A stretch of 64,000 nucleotides of DNA from the IMG/VR virus record IMGVR_UViG_3300010389_000004, positions 30,082 to 94,081 of that record; one strand, 5' to 3'. The translations under genes were made by a program, and so were the position numbers. The notes under the pieces were generated by a model, which was not told the DNA's origin, searched no databases, and worked only from the letters and a program-made list of their open reading frames with translations. Source of the DNA: a virus. Shown here in pieces: positions 36,668 through 45,770 of the stretch; the stretch's first letter is position 1, and each line of letters begins with the position of its first letter.

Positions 36668-37365
36668 GGCGCCGCCAGGATCTTGGCGAGCTTCGCACGA
36701 GAGTACCCGTAGGTATTACGAATCTCTTCTTGCGTCTTCTTCTTCGCCTCACGCTGCACCTTGCGGCACTGCGTCTTTGACTCAGGCGGTTCACGAAGGC
36801 CGGCACGGATCAATTCGACCACGGCGGAGTGAACAGAGATCCCGAACTTCTCCGCCATATACACTGCCGAAGGAAGCCCTTTCGCTTTCGCATGTGCGAC
36901 AAACTTCTTGCGCACGGATTCGGACAGGCCGGGGTTCAACGAGACTTTTGGGTCCAGGCCTGCGAGAGCTTTTGCCTCACTCACGTCAACCTTGGCTTCA
37001 GCGGCCGCACTCGTCAGGCTCGCTCCGCCTTTGTAGAGCTTCTTGAATTGGCTCTCTCGCGCTTTGCGGTCCTTGTCCGTCAGCGAGCGGCCAGCAACCC
37101 AATGCACGCGCAGCGGGGCAGGGAGTCGATCGGCGGGAATCATCTCGCGGATCTCCTTCAATCGTTTACCTACCGTCGTGGAGGACAGATCAACTTCATC
37201 ACCGATCTCTGCTGTTGACTTGAGGTGCTTCATGCGCAACCACCCAATAGTAACCAAGCGCTTCTCGCCACCCAGGGCTTCGATAAGCTCCTCCTTGGTC
37301 TCAATCACCTTACTCATAGAAACTACTCCTGAGAACATTTGACGGGTGTTCCCAGGAGTAGACAA
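36661..37365 (-). CDS. Multi-HTH DNA-binding protein
   Basis: Repeated HTH-like segments (STAEIGDEVDLSSTTV; SAVYMAEKFGISVHSA). Confidence 0.55.
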   Translation of the reverse strand: MSTPGNTRQMFSGVVSMSKVIETKEELIEALGGEKRLVTIGWLRMKHLKSTAEIGDEVDLSSTTVGKRLKEIREMIPADRLPAPLRVHWVAGRSLTDKDRKARESQFKKLYKGGASLTSAAAEAKVDVSEAKALAGLDPKVSLNPGLSESVRKKFVAHAKAKGLPSAVYMAEKFGISVHSAVVELIRAGLREPPESKTQCRKVQREAKKKTQEEIRNTYGYSRAKLAKILAAPC

Positions 37366-37391
37366 AAAACTCAGTGAGTCCGCAAGGGCTT

Positions 37392-37787
37392 CTATTCGAC
37401 TTTCAACCCTCGGTCGGCTTGACCGGTAGCACGCTTGTGGAGCTTCATCACGGTCTTGGAAACCATATCACCGAGCGACAGGCCTAGCGTGTCCAGCAAC
37501 ACCATGAAGTACCAGAAGAAGTCGCCAAGCTCTTCTTCGAGCGCGGCACGCAGAACCTCAAGGTCTTGGTACTTCGGGTCGCCACGCATCCACTTCCCGA
37601 TGAGATCAGCTACCTCGCCCATCTCGCCAGACATCTTCACGCACAGGTAGGGAAGGTGCCCCTCACTGCCAAGAAACTTCTCGGTCTTCTCATCTGACGG
37701 GAACACCGCCGTCTTCTTGAACTCCTGAGCGATCGCTCCGCCCTGTTGGTTCAAAACGTCATACTGCAAGGTCATCAAAACCTCCAA
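37392..37787 (-). CDS. MazG-like nucleotide pyrophosphohydrolase
   Basis: GEMGEVADLIGK...EEELGDFFWY. Confidence 0.85.
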   Translation of the reverse strand: MEVLMTLQYDVLNQQGGAIAQEFKKTAVFPSDEKTEKFLGSEGHLPYLCVKMSGEMGEVADLIGKWMRGDPKYQDLEVLRAALEEELGDFFWYFMVLLDTLGLSLGDMVSKTVMKLHKRATGQADRGLKVE

Positions 37788-38403
37788 GATCTCCTTCGAC
37801 TTCGCGAAGGAACTCGCCTAGTCGCTCTTGCAACTCCACAAGAGCATCGGAATCAAGTACCACGCCGGAGCTACCCGACCTGAACACTTCTTTGCCTTCG
37901 TAGGTGATCGTGGAAACCACAGGCGGACAGTCATTCCACCAAGCGATCGTCCCGATGCTCCTCGGGAAGTGCTTCTTGAATCGTGCGCGTAGCTTTGGCC
38001 ACGAGGTTTGGCCACCTACTGTTCGGAAGTGGGTAGGGTGACACACCTGCTGATTCATGAGTTCAACCAGAGCATCAAACAAGGCCCTGAAGAACAGCAT
38101 CCGGCTTTCGTTTGGAGCGCTTGTGGACATCATAGCGTGCAGATTGGAAAAGCACTTGACGTTACCAGCCTCAACCCCGCAATACCGGTTACTGACTGAC
38201 AGCATGGAGACTTCGACCTTCACCAAACTGCCGACCACCATAGACTCGCTATCTTCACTCCACTCCACCCCATCAATGACTTTCGCTCGGGACTGGATCC
38301 CCCCTTCCCTCGTCTTCACCACCAGGCTCAACCCAGGATCTGCGAACACATCCTCATTGAAGCACATCGAAATGAACTGCTTGGTGTACTCCTTGTTACC
38401 CAC
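37759..38403 (-). CDS. Hypothetical protein
   Basis: ORF in operon. Confidence 0.6.
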   Translation of the reverse strand: MGNKEYTKQFISMCFNEDVFADPGLSLVVKTREGGIQSRAKVIDGVEWSEDSESMVVGSLVKVEVSMLSVSNRYCGVEAGNVKCFSNLHAMMSTSAPNESRMLFFRALFDALVELMNQQVCHPTHFRTVGGQTSWPKLRARFKKHFPRSIGTIAWWNDCPPVVSTITYEGKEVFRSGSSGVVLDSDALVELQERLGEFLREVEGDLGGFDDLAV

Positions 38404-38407
38404 GCTC

Positions 38408-38734
38408 CTACTCCCATTTCTCCGTCAGTGGTACATCCACCGCCCACTCGATGTAGCTCTTATGCGTAGGGGACTCGATCCAAACACACACCCTGCCCAC
38501 CATGACAAGCACCCAAACGGGTGAGAAGGTGAGGATACATACTAAAGGCAGCGACACAAACAAAGAAGGCCACGCACATGGTGGCCTCCCCAAAAGGACT
38601 CGTCTTGCCAGGTCTATGAGGAACATGAAGAAAGACCCGCACCCAAAGAAGAAATTCAGCAGTTCGATAATCGCCCCGCAGACGATGGTCATCCAAAACA
38701 AGTTGACCACCACGTCACTGAGATAGGAGGTCAC
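38408..38734 (-). CDS. Membrane protein
   Basis: Two long hydrophobic segments. Confidence 0.55.
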   Translation of the reverse strand: MTSYLSDVVVNLFWMTIVCGAIIELLNFFFGCGSFFMFLIDLARRVLLGRPPCAWPSLFVSLPLVCILTFSPVWVLVMVGRVCVWIESPTHKSYIEWAVDVPLTEKWE

Positions 38735-38901
38735 TTCTTCTTCTCTTCATCAAAGAAGTAGCCAAGCATCAAGAGAACCGCCATAGCCCCGAAGAGCATC
38801 AAACCCCACGCGGTCCAATCCGGCAATGCTCCTTCGTGGATCAGGTAGGCAAACACCAGCATCCACATACCTGTAAGCAGGCACACAGGAATCGTCTTCA
38901 T
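38731..38901 (-). CDS. Small two-TM membrane protein (56 aa)
   Basis: MKTIPVCLLTGMWMLVFAYL...WGLMLFGAMAVLLMLGYFF; AAGGAG RBS. Confidence 0.6.
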   Translation of the reverse strand: MKTIPVCLLTGMWMLVFAYLIHEGALPDWTAWGLMLFGAMAVLLMLGYFFDEEKKK

Positions 38902-38910
38902 CACATCTCC

Positions 38911-39417
38911 TTATCTGAGACCAGCCAGGTAGAACCTACGGCACAGGCTCAACCGAACTGAATCGGGATTCTTGAATTTCGACACCAACTGGTCGGGGAA
39001 AATCAACATCAAGGCGTCCAACGAAGTGCCGACGGCGGAAGACACCATTTGAAAACCGTCCTGAGTTTTGAACATCTCCAGGCAGTCTTCTTCGGAAGGC
39101 AGCCCTTCGAGCCCCATACCTTCCGCTACCAGGACATCGCGGAATTGATTAGAGATTTCACCCAGCACATGCTCGATGTCGTCTTTGAAGGACTCCAGCG
39201 TAGTCCCCTCTACGAAGTCCGCGTCCTCCAAAAAGGTGTAGCCTGTGTTCTTCGCTATCCACAGACCCACACTGTATCGCCCGTATTTTGAAACCAGCTC
39301 ACCCAAGGACTGCATAGCAAGAGACACGCGCTTGCGCGTCTTTTGCTGCTTACCGCCCTTACTCTTCCTCTGTTTGTTGTTCTTGCTCATCTTGCTCTTC
39401 CACGAGGGAACCGTCAT
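38911..39417 (-). CDS. Hypothetical protein with a basic N-terminus
   Basis: ORF in operon. Confidence 0.6.
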   Translation of the reverse strand: MTVPSWKSKMSKNNKQRKSKGGKQQKTRKRVSLAMQSLGELVSKYGRYSVGLWIAKNTGYTFLEDADFVEGTTLESFKDDIEHVLGEISNQFRDVLVAEGMGLEGLPSEEDCLEMFKTQDGFQMVSSAVGTSLDALMLIFPDQLVSKFKNPDSVRLSLCRRFYLAGLR

Positions 39418-40108
39418 AACGAAGGGTGTGCTGGTACTTGTACACCTGGTACGTCGATCGACGAGACCCGTTCTCTTTCACCCAGTCTCGTGCTTCAGCG
39501 GGGCCGGCAAAAGTTTTCGGACTGGTATAGAAAACCTTATCGCCGTTCTCGTTCCGTTTCTGGAGCCACAGGAGGGTGGGCTCACTCACCTCACTCTTAC
39601 CTGCGACAGGGGCATGGACAAACCCTTGGCGGCCTCGACACAACATATCAAACAGGCTGCGGGAGAATTCAAATTCCCCCTCCGAGGAGAAAAACTCAGA
39701 GGTAACGTCCTCTACAGGGACTCCCTCAAATTCCGCGTATTCCCCTCCCAACAGCTTGGGTTTGATTTCCTCGTAGTCGTCTACCGTAATCCCAAGGTAC
39801 ACCTCGTGCCCCAGGGCTTTTCGGGCAGCGTAATCTTGTTGGGAAATGCTGACGTAAACCCGAGCATGGGCTTTGGTCTTCACTGCCGGCAGGTACTCGC
39901 TCAGGAGATCTCTCCAGGACGCGTCGCTCTCGCCCACAAGGACGGGGTTTTCCGCTACTGGGATAAGCGCGTCTTCTTCTTCAACGAACCCAATCCCGCC
40001 CGAGCTTTCAATTTCAAGCAGAAGCCACGTCTCGCGGCGGTTATCCATAACCAGGTTGCCGTCTTCATCTTGAGTCATCACCCCGCGAACGCTCGGTACT
40101 TTGGCCAT
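39359..40108 (-). CDS. Hypothetical acidic protein
   Basis: AAGGAG RBS; 249 aa. Confidence 0.65.
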   Translation of the reverse strand: MAKVPSVRGVMTQDEDGNLVMDNRRETWLLLEIESSGGIGFVEEEDALIPVAENPVLVGESDASWRDLLSEYLPAVKTKAHARVYVSISQQDYAARKALGHEVYLGITVDDYEEIKPKLLGGEYAEFEGVPVEDVTSEFFSSEGEFEFSRSLFDMLCRGRQGFVHAPVAGKSEVSEPTLLWLQKRNENGDKVFYTSPKTFAGPAEARDWVKENGSRRSTYQVYKYQHTLRYDGSLVEEQDEQEQQTEEE

Positions 40109-40166
40109 TTCCGTCTCCTTACCAACTACCTTACAACACCCTTGATCGAGTCAAGCACCTGCCTGA

Positions 40167-40556
40167 CTAGGCATTTACCACAGCGACAACATACCGGCTA
40201 TTGATCAAAACCTCGTGTCGGTCATCTGAAAGCCGGAAGAACTTGTCCTGCCCCTCGTGCTGCTTGTACAGGACGATATCCCCTGGGGAAATACCTTCGA
40301 CGTCACTCGCCACTTTGTGGATCTTGCCAATCCCCAGAGCGCTCGTCCGATTCTCCTCCCCCACAATCTGAAGCAACCTCGACGCGACTCCCTTTTCTCG
40401 GAGGATCCGCACGAGCCCGTTCATCGGCTTGAGGTTGATAGGCCAGTCGCTTGTCGCATCATGGAACTCAGGAATACCTTGGACACGAACTCCAACAACC
40501 CCGGGGTTGCTGTTACTGACTCGTGAGGGACGGGCACCTTTGTACTTTGCCTGCAT
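40167..40556 (-). CDS. GroES/Cpn10-like co-chaperonin
   Basis: NLKPMNGLVRI...GKIHKVASDVEGISPGDIVLY...VLINSRYVVAVV; start 40556 lies after a terminator and has a GAAGGAG RBS. Confidence 0.75.
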   Translation of the reverse strand: MQAKYKGARPSRVSNSNPGVVGVRVQGIPEFHDATSDWPINLKPMNGLVRILREKGVASRLLQIVGEENRTSALGIGKIHKVASDVEGISPGDIVLYKQHEGQDKFFRLSDDRHEVLINSRYVVAVVNA

Positions 40557-40575
40557 ATGGTCTTCTCCTTCGGCG

Positions 40576-40610
40576 AAACAAAACGAGGGACGCATAGTAG
40601 CGTCCCTCGT
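40576..40610 (-). terminator. Intrinsic terminator
   Basis: 11-bp stem ACGAGGGACGC/GCGTCCCTCGT plus TTTGTTT. Confidence 0.75.
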
Positions 40611-40638
40611 ACTCAGTAGCAACTGCTCTGTGGACTCA

Positions 40639-40941
40639 CTAGAAGTCCAAGATAGCGAAATAGCCCTCCAGGACTGGCAGCATTTCCTCAAGCAGGTGCA
40701 GATTCTTCTTGTCGCCCGCCAGGGCAACCAACTCTGCGGCCGTGGTCGGCAAGGCCACACCGCCGACGGTCAGCGCGGCGATCGCCGGCTTGTGTGTCGA
40801 GGTCCAGGAGCCGGAAGAGGCATCGTTGCCTTTGGCTTCGATTCGCTGGAGCAGCACTTCGTAGGAAGCACCGACAGTCCGCATGATCTTCTGGGGATGG
40901 CCCGACACGGTTGCTGCCGGGGTGATAGCGCTTGCTGGCAT
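40639..40941 (-). CDS. Hypothetical protein
   Basis: GAGGAG RBS; followed by a terminator. Confidence 0.65.
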   Translation of the reverse strand: MPASAITPAATVSGHPQKIMRTVGASYEVLLQRIEAKGNDASSGSWTSTHKPAIAALTVGGVALPTTAAELVALAGDKKNLHLLEEMLPVLEGYFAILDF

Positions 40942-41027
40942 ATCTCATTCTCCTCAATTGGTCTTCTTCAAGAACGCGAACCCCGACAGTGGGATTTCGC
41001 AACAGCTTTCCAGGGCCGCCCGTACTT

Positions 41028-41408
41028 CTAGGAAGCGCCGGCAGCTTCCATCGACTCGTTGACGTAAGGGTCGGCGTCAGCGTTTTTTGCCCCACCCTTG
41101 TCACGCTCGCGGAGAGCCTTACTCAAGGCTGCATCCGCACGCGACTTGATTTCGTCTTCGCGGAGGTCAGGGTACGCCTCACGGAGACTTTGCATCGTGG
41201 CGGTCATGAACGCCTCAGTGAAGCTTTCAAGCTCTTGGACCTCAAGCTCCGTGCTGACGCGATCCAGCTCAGGCGAGTTTGAGGTAGCATCCACGGCCTT
41301 CGCCACTGCTGGGTCTTGGGTCGCACCCACCTTACCAGCAGGGTCCTCCTGCGTGAGGACTTCGGCCTCAGACCCTTGGTTCGGGTCGGGAGTGACGTTG
41401 ATCTGCAT
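41028..41408 (-). CDS. Hypothetical acidic protein
   Basis: AAGGAG RBS. Confidence 0.65.
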   Translation of the reverse strand: MQINVTPDPNQGSEAEVLTQEDPAGKVGATQDPAVAKAVDATSNSPELDRVSTELEVQELESFTEAFMTATMQSLREAYPDLREDEIKSRADAALSKALRERDKGGAKNADADPYVNESMEAAGAS

Positions 41409-41409
41409 G

Positions 41410-42018
41410 TCAGGACTCCTTCAAGATTCGGATAAACGCTTCTGCAAGTGAAGCGGGTGAATTGTCATCTCGCAACCAATGTACGACTGGCAAAATACCC
41501 CCGCTAGCAAAAAAGTGTATCATCCCGAGGAGGCGGCGGTGCATCATCACCGCATCCTGCCACTCTGGACCCCAAGCCTTCTGGTGGTAGGTTTCTCCAA
41601 TCAGACTGTAGTCTGTCAGAAGAAACGGGTCATACACATTCACCAAGGCACTCAACTTATCGACGTCAATCTTGAAGTCAGCCGGTTTCGCTGGATGAAA
41701 GAGCGCATAAGCGTAGGTCATCGCCGCAGGGCACTCTGAAACCACAAACCCCGCCCCCAACTTTGAGGCCGCTTGCAGCGCGTCAACTTCTGCGGCCAAC
41801 TGGGTAGCAAGTATCTCGCGCTGGATCGAGAAATCCGACGCCCACTTCGACACGGCGTCGTCTCCCAAGTCACGTAACACCTTCGTTGCGGTCTCCTCAA
41901 CAAAGTGGACAACCTCACCGTACTGTCGCAGACGATCCGCGATAGCGACAGCCAGTGTGCTCTTACCCGAGGAAGGACCACCAAACACACCGATGATTTT
42001 ATTTCCGCTACGCTTCAT
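41410..42018 (-). CDS. P-loop nucleotide kinase-like protein (AAA_28/NadR-like)
   Basis: IIGVFGGPSSGKSTLA...VHFVEETA. Confidence 0.75.
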   Translation of the reverse strand: MKRSGNKIIGVFGGPSSGKSTLAVAIADRLRQYGEVVHFVEETATKVLRDLGDDAVSKWASDFSIQREILATQLAAEVDALQAASKLGAGFVVSECPAAMTYAYALFHPAKPADFKIDVDKLSALVNVYDPFLLTDYSLIGETYHQKAWGPEWQDAVMMHRRLLGMIHFFASGGILPVVHWLRDDNSPASLAEAFIRILKES

Positions 42019-42397
42019 CTACGTCTTGCTCCACCTGGTCTTCACGCACCAGTATTTGATCTCGCGTAACGGATTTACCACTACGCGTTTGTTTCACCCA
42101 ATACCCTACCGTGGCCAATGAGCACACCCTAAGCTTTTCACCCGGCCGGATGATTACCTGCGTCGTGGCTATTTCAGATACAGCCCTCACAAACACAGGT
42201 ATTCGCTGCGGGCTATTCACATACCTCCCTGCGTCTGGCATGACGAAACCACACAGGAACTCCTCGCCTCTTTGTCGCAGCACGGGGCAGGCGCCACACT
42301 CTTCAAAAGGCAACCCCTCAGAATCGTCAAACGCCTTGAGTATGGTGAACTCAGGCCTATTGCACTGGCGGACTCTCTTGGGGCGCGGCGCCATCAC
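42008..42397 (-). CDS. Hypothetical Cys-containing protein
   Basis: CxxC motif; coupled ORF. Confidence 0.55.
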   Translation of the reverse strand: MMAPRPKRVRQCNRPEFTILKAFDDSEGLPFEECGACPVLRQRGEEFLCGFVMPDAGRYVNSPQRIPVFVRAVSEIATTQVIIRPGEKLRVCSLATVGYWVKQTRSGKSVTRDQILVREDQVEQDVDEA

Positions 42398-42666
42398 ACT
42401 CCTATCGGGTCATCCCTACCATCCACGAAATACTCTCCGCCTTCCTCAGTCACGTCCGTCACCTTCCAGCGGCAGACGTCGTAGCTAGCCCCTACTTGGA
42501 ATTTTGGATTGCTCGTGGCAATTACCCGCACGACGAGGGTGTTTTGCTTTACCCCCTGGACACGAAACAAAACCGCCCGCCCCTTACCCCAACGCTCGGG
42601 TTCCGGGCGCAGGTCAGGGCGGGCTGGTGTAATCGCTACCAGGTCTCCAGGGTTGTACTTCATCAA
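42394..42666 (-). CDS. Small SH3/KOW-like protein
   Basis: YNPGDLVAI... small beta-barrel pattern. Confidence 0.5.
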   Translation of the reverse strand: MMKYNPGDLVAITPARPDLRPEPERWGKGRAVLFRVQGVKQNTLVVRVIATSNPKFQVGASYDVCRWKVTDVTEEGGEYFVDGRDDPIGV

Positions 42667-43200
42667 TCACCCTTGCTGCTGATTCAAAGCCTTGTACACA
42701 TCATTTACGGTCGTACCACGATTTGCCAAGTCCTGGATCTGCTGAGGCTGGTAGCCAATACTCTGAAGCCACTGGATGTTTTCCTGTCCGTAGAAAACTA
42801 CGGGGTCAACAGGAGGTTTGTTGGCGTCGCTAGCCACGACCATGATGGTCTCCCCACCCAAGGGATCCTCCGGCGGCGGCTTGAGGCGTGCCCTCGCGTC
42901 TTGGATGACGTTCCTGAATTCACTCTCAGTGGCGAAGTACACTCTGCGGCGGCGAGCGACGGGCTTCCCTGACGTCGCATCATGCATACCGGAGAATGGT
43001 TTGAATTGGGCTACGGGATTCGCTTGGGGGAGGTCGTCGAACGTGTAACTGCCCTCCATCCGTAGCACTTTGAAGTATTGCTCTAAGTTCGACTTGAGCC
43101 ACTGCATCAACCCTTCTGGGTCACTTGAGCCGAGGTATTGCAGGTGTACTTGAAACTCATACCCCACTGCCTCTTGCTCAAAATCAGATTCTTCGATCAT
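42667..43200 (-). CDS. Hypothetical protein
   Basis: AGGAG RBS. Confidence 0.65.
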   Translation of the reverse strand: MIEESDFEQEAVGYEFQVHLQYLGSSDPEGLMQWLKSNLEQYFKVLRMEGSYTFDDLPQANPVAQFKPFSGMHDATSGKPVARRRRVYFATESEFRNVIQDARARLKPPPEDPLGGETIMVVASDANKPPVDPVVFYGQENIQWLQSIGYQPQQIQDLANRGTTVNDVYKALNQQQG

Positions 43201-43211
43201 CCCTATTTCTC

Positions 43212-43871
43212 CTAACCGGCCCTTTCGCCTTTTGTCGCGTCCGGGGTCGGACGTCTGCTTGCCTCAGCCTGGATTTCAGATATCTGCCCCGGCGGTAGAG
43301 GTGCGTCAAGTAGCGACTCAGCTACTTGCAACGCTGCCATCAATCTCTCCCTGTCTCCAGGATCGGAGATCTCTCTAACCGAACTCTCCATCGGGCCGCG
43401 AGAACTGGTAGTAGCAAAAGCCGAAGCTACCTCGTTCACAGACTGCAACAGCTCCGTAACCCCAGATTGTGAAATCAATTCGCTTATACCCTGTAGTGCT
43501 CTCAAGAATCCTTGGAGATCACGATCGCTAACGGCCTGCCCATACGCCTTGTTAGCGTTCTCCCACTCAAGGGCTTCTCGAAGAGTTTGGGCTCTACTCA
43601 GCAACCCACTGAGTAGCGTAGAGTAGACGTCAACCTGCACCGCCCGCAGATGGTTTACTGCGGCTACGGGGGCTTCCGCCTCAGCCCGCTCTCGTTTCTC
43701 CTTGATCTCCGTCCACTTTGCGTTTCTCGCGTGGTACTCCAGAGTGTGGTAGGAGACCTCAAACAAACGAGCTACCTGGCGCAATCCGAGTTTGGGCTGC
43801 GCCAGGTAGGTGTTCTTCACAAGGTGTTGTTCTTCTTCACTCAAGGTGGAGAATTTTCGTTCTTCAGCCAC
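43212..43871 (-). CDS. HTH protein, terminase small subunit-like
   Basis: LRQVARLFEVSYHTLEYHARNAKW followed by an oligomerisation-like helical region. Confidence 0.5.
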   Translation of the reverse strand: MAEERKFSTLSEEEQHLVKNTYLAQPKLGLRQVARLFEVSYHTLEYHARNAKWTEIKEKRERAEAEAPVAAVNHLRAVQVDVYSTLLSGLLSRAQTLREALEWENANKAYGQAVSDRDLQGFLRALQGISELISQSGVTELLQSVNEVASAFATTSSRGPMESSVREISDPGDRERLMAALQVAESLLDAPLPPGQISEIQAEASRRPTPDATKGERAG

Positions 43872-43923
43872 AGTAGCCTCACCAAATCACGCCATGAAAC
43901 TCCCCACCTACCTTACCTCAACC

Positions 43924-45342
43924 TTACTGGTATTGGTTCGTGAAGTTCGGTTGCGCGGGTGGGGAAGGTGGCATTCCCTGCTGCATCGGCGGTTGCTGTG
44001 AGGGGGCAGGCGGCTGTTGAGCAGGCGGGGGTGCGAATCCTTGCTGCTGAGCAGGAGCTTGCTGCACAGGCGCAGCGGGCGGCTGCGCAGGCTGCTGCTG
44101 CATCGGCGGTTGCTGAGCAGGCGGAGCAGACGGAGCAGACGGAGCAGACGGCACCCCTTGTTGCTGCATCGGCGGTTGCTGAGCAGGAGCTTGCTGCTGA
44201 GCAGGAGCTTGCTGCTGAGCAGGAGCTTGCTGCTGAGCGGGCGGCATCCCCTGCTGTTGCATCGAGGGCTGAGCAGGCGGGGGTGCAAACCCTTGTTGCT
44301 GCATTGGTGCCTGTTGCTGCACTGGTGCCTGTTGCGCAGGCAGTTGAGCCGGAGCAGCCGGAGCAGGGATGCCAGCGCTGTTGTCCTGCGGTGGCAGCGA
44401 GTAGCTGGTTGCCATACCGAACGCACGGTCGATCGAAGCCCGCACCTTATCCAATGCTTCTTGCGTCTCTTCCGGCGTAGCGCGTTGAATCACCTCGGAC
44501 CAGTCGGGGATGCTTTGGAGGATATCCCAAATTGACTGTGAGGCAAACAACCCGCCTTGGTCAAGCACCATCGGGTAGCCCTGACCCGCACGGTACTCAG
44601 GGAGATACGGCGGAGCAAAGACGGGGCCGCCATTCGAGTAGGTGGTGCCAAAGTCCTTACCGGACTTCGTGATGCTCACCGCGAAACCTTCGAAGGGGTG
44701 GAATGGCAGAAGCTGCGAACCGTCAGACCTGCGGGCCATTTGGTTCTGGAACATCGGCCGTACCCATTGCGCATTGAACTGCTTGTAGGAGATCATCACA
44801 ACGTGCGGCTTTTGCGCGTCCTCGGTATAGATGCCGGAGCCATCCACTCCCAGAGGGAGCACCATGAGGAATGCCCGATACCGCGAGTCAAGCGCACTGA
44901 CCAACGCAGCTTCCCGCGGGGGCAGACTGGTACGCTTGGTGTACCGGAGCTTGCCTTGAGCAGGGTCTTCCAGGAACTCATCAATGTAGTCCCGACCCAA
45001 AGGTTGCTCAAAACCCGGAACCGCGGGGTTCGCGTAGAGCGGTGAGAGCACCACCCGATTTCCAAAGGCTGACACCCCCTTCGCAGGGCCTTCGCTTGGT
45101 CCACCCGGAACGTACACCTTCTCAGTCGCCAACACCGTAAGTCCGATGTCAACCAACTGATCCGGTGTCGGAGCGCCTTCAGCCCACGCCTTGCAGAAGG
45201 CTTGCGCACCAGCCTTCGAAGGGAGAATACGGAGGTGATTATCCCCGCTCTCAAAAGTCATTCGAGGGAGCGCAAGTCCCTCGATCCCACCGCCGGAAGA
45301 CCGTTCTTCCTCTGCGCGGTTGATGTCGTCAATGTAACCCAT
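43924..45342 (-). CDS. ssDNA-binding protein (gp32-like) with a ~155-aa Q/P-rich tail
   Basis: FESGDNHLRILP and HPFEGFAVSITKSGKDFGTTY motifs; adjacent to the polymerase. Confidence 0.7.
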   Translation of the reverse strand: MGYIDDINRAEEERSSGGGIEGLALPRMTFESGDNHLRILPSKAGAQAFCKAWAEGAPTPDQLVDIGLTVLATEKVYVPGGPSEGPAKGVSAFGNRVVLSPLYANPAVPGFEQPLGRDYIDEFLEDPAQGKLRYTKRTSLPPREAALVSALDSRYRAFLMVLPLGVDGSGIYTEDAQKPHVVMISYKQFNAQWVRPMFQNQMARRSDGSQLLPFHPFEGFAVSITKSGKDFGTTYSNGGPVFAPPYLPEYRAGQGYPMVLDQGGLFASQSIWDILQSIPDWSEVIQRATPEETQEALDKVRASIDRAFGMATSYSLPPQDNSAGIPAPAAPAQLPAQQAPVQQQAPMQQQGFAPPPAQPSMQQQGMPPAQQQAPAQQQAPAQQQAPAQQPPMQQQGVPSAPSAPSAPPAQQPPMQQQPAQPPAAPVQQAPAQQQGFAPPPAQQPPAPSQQPPMQQGMPPSPPAQPNFTNQYQ

Positions 45343-45350
45343 TGTCTCTC

Positions 45351-45770
45351 CTACTGAACACGACGTGAGGCTATTTCCGCCTCATGAACTTGCTTGATTT
45401 TGTTTCGCAGGGATATCAAGCAGAATCCCTTCAATAGCTCGATGCCATCCGAAACCAAGGACACCATCTGAGCGTGCGAGGAGTACCTGACGTCTGCCTC
45501 CATCCATATGGAGCAGTGCTTCTCGCTCAACTTGCCTCGCGGGTGGTTGCGTGAGTCTTCCCAGTACTCACTGTACAACACAGCCCTTACTCGGGCTAAG
45601 TCGATTCGCAAAAAACTCAACACCCACACCATCTTCGCAAGGAGCTTCGTCCCTGACTCGTACCGCTCTTCAAGCCCATGCACCTGGGTCAAGTTCAAGT
45701 ACGGGTGGAGGTCAAAAACCTCATGGGTTAGCCCGCCTGTTGAGTCCTTGTATTGTACCGCGATCAGCAT
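45351..45770 (-). CDS. UvsY-like recombination mediator (putative)
   Basis: Helical 139-aa protein with a KLSEK....W..AD.RY pattern, between Pol and SSB. Confidence 0.45.
   Translation of the reverse strand: MLIAVQYKDSTGGLTHEVFDLHPYLNLTQVHGLEERYESGTKLLAKMVWVLSFLRIDLARVRAVLYSEYWEDSRNHPRGKLSEKHCSIWMEADVRYSSHAQMVSLVSDGIELLKGFCLISLRNKIKQVHEAEIASRRVQ

Noticed and set aside
40128-40155. Promoter TTGACT...TAAGGT upstream of 40108
   Set aside because: The spacer is only 15 nt, so the call is not supportable.
40440-42990. Shared HDATS..P peptide in the GroES-like protein and ORF 42667-43200
   Set aside because: Only 5-6 residues with no flanking similarity; plausibly chance.
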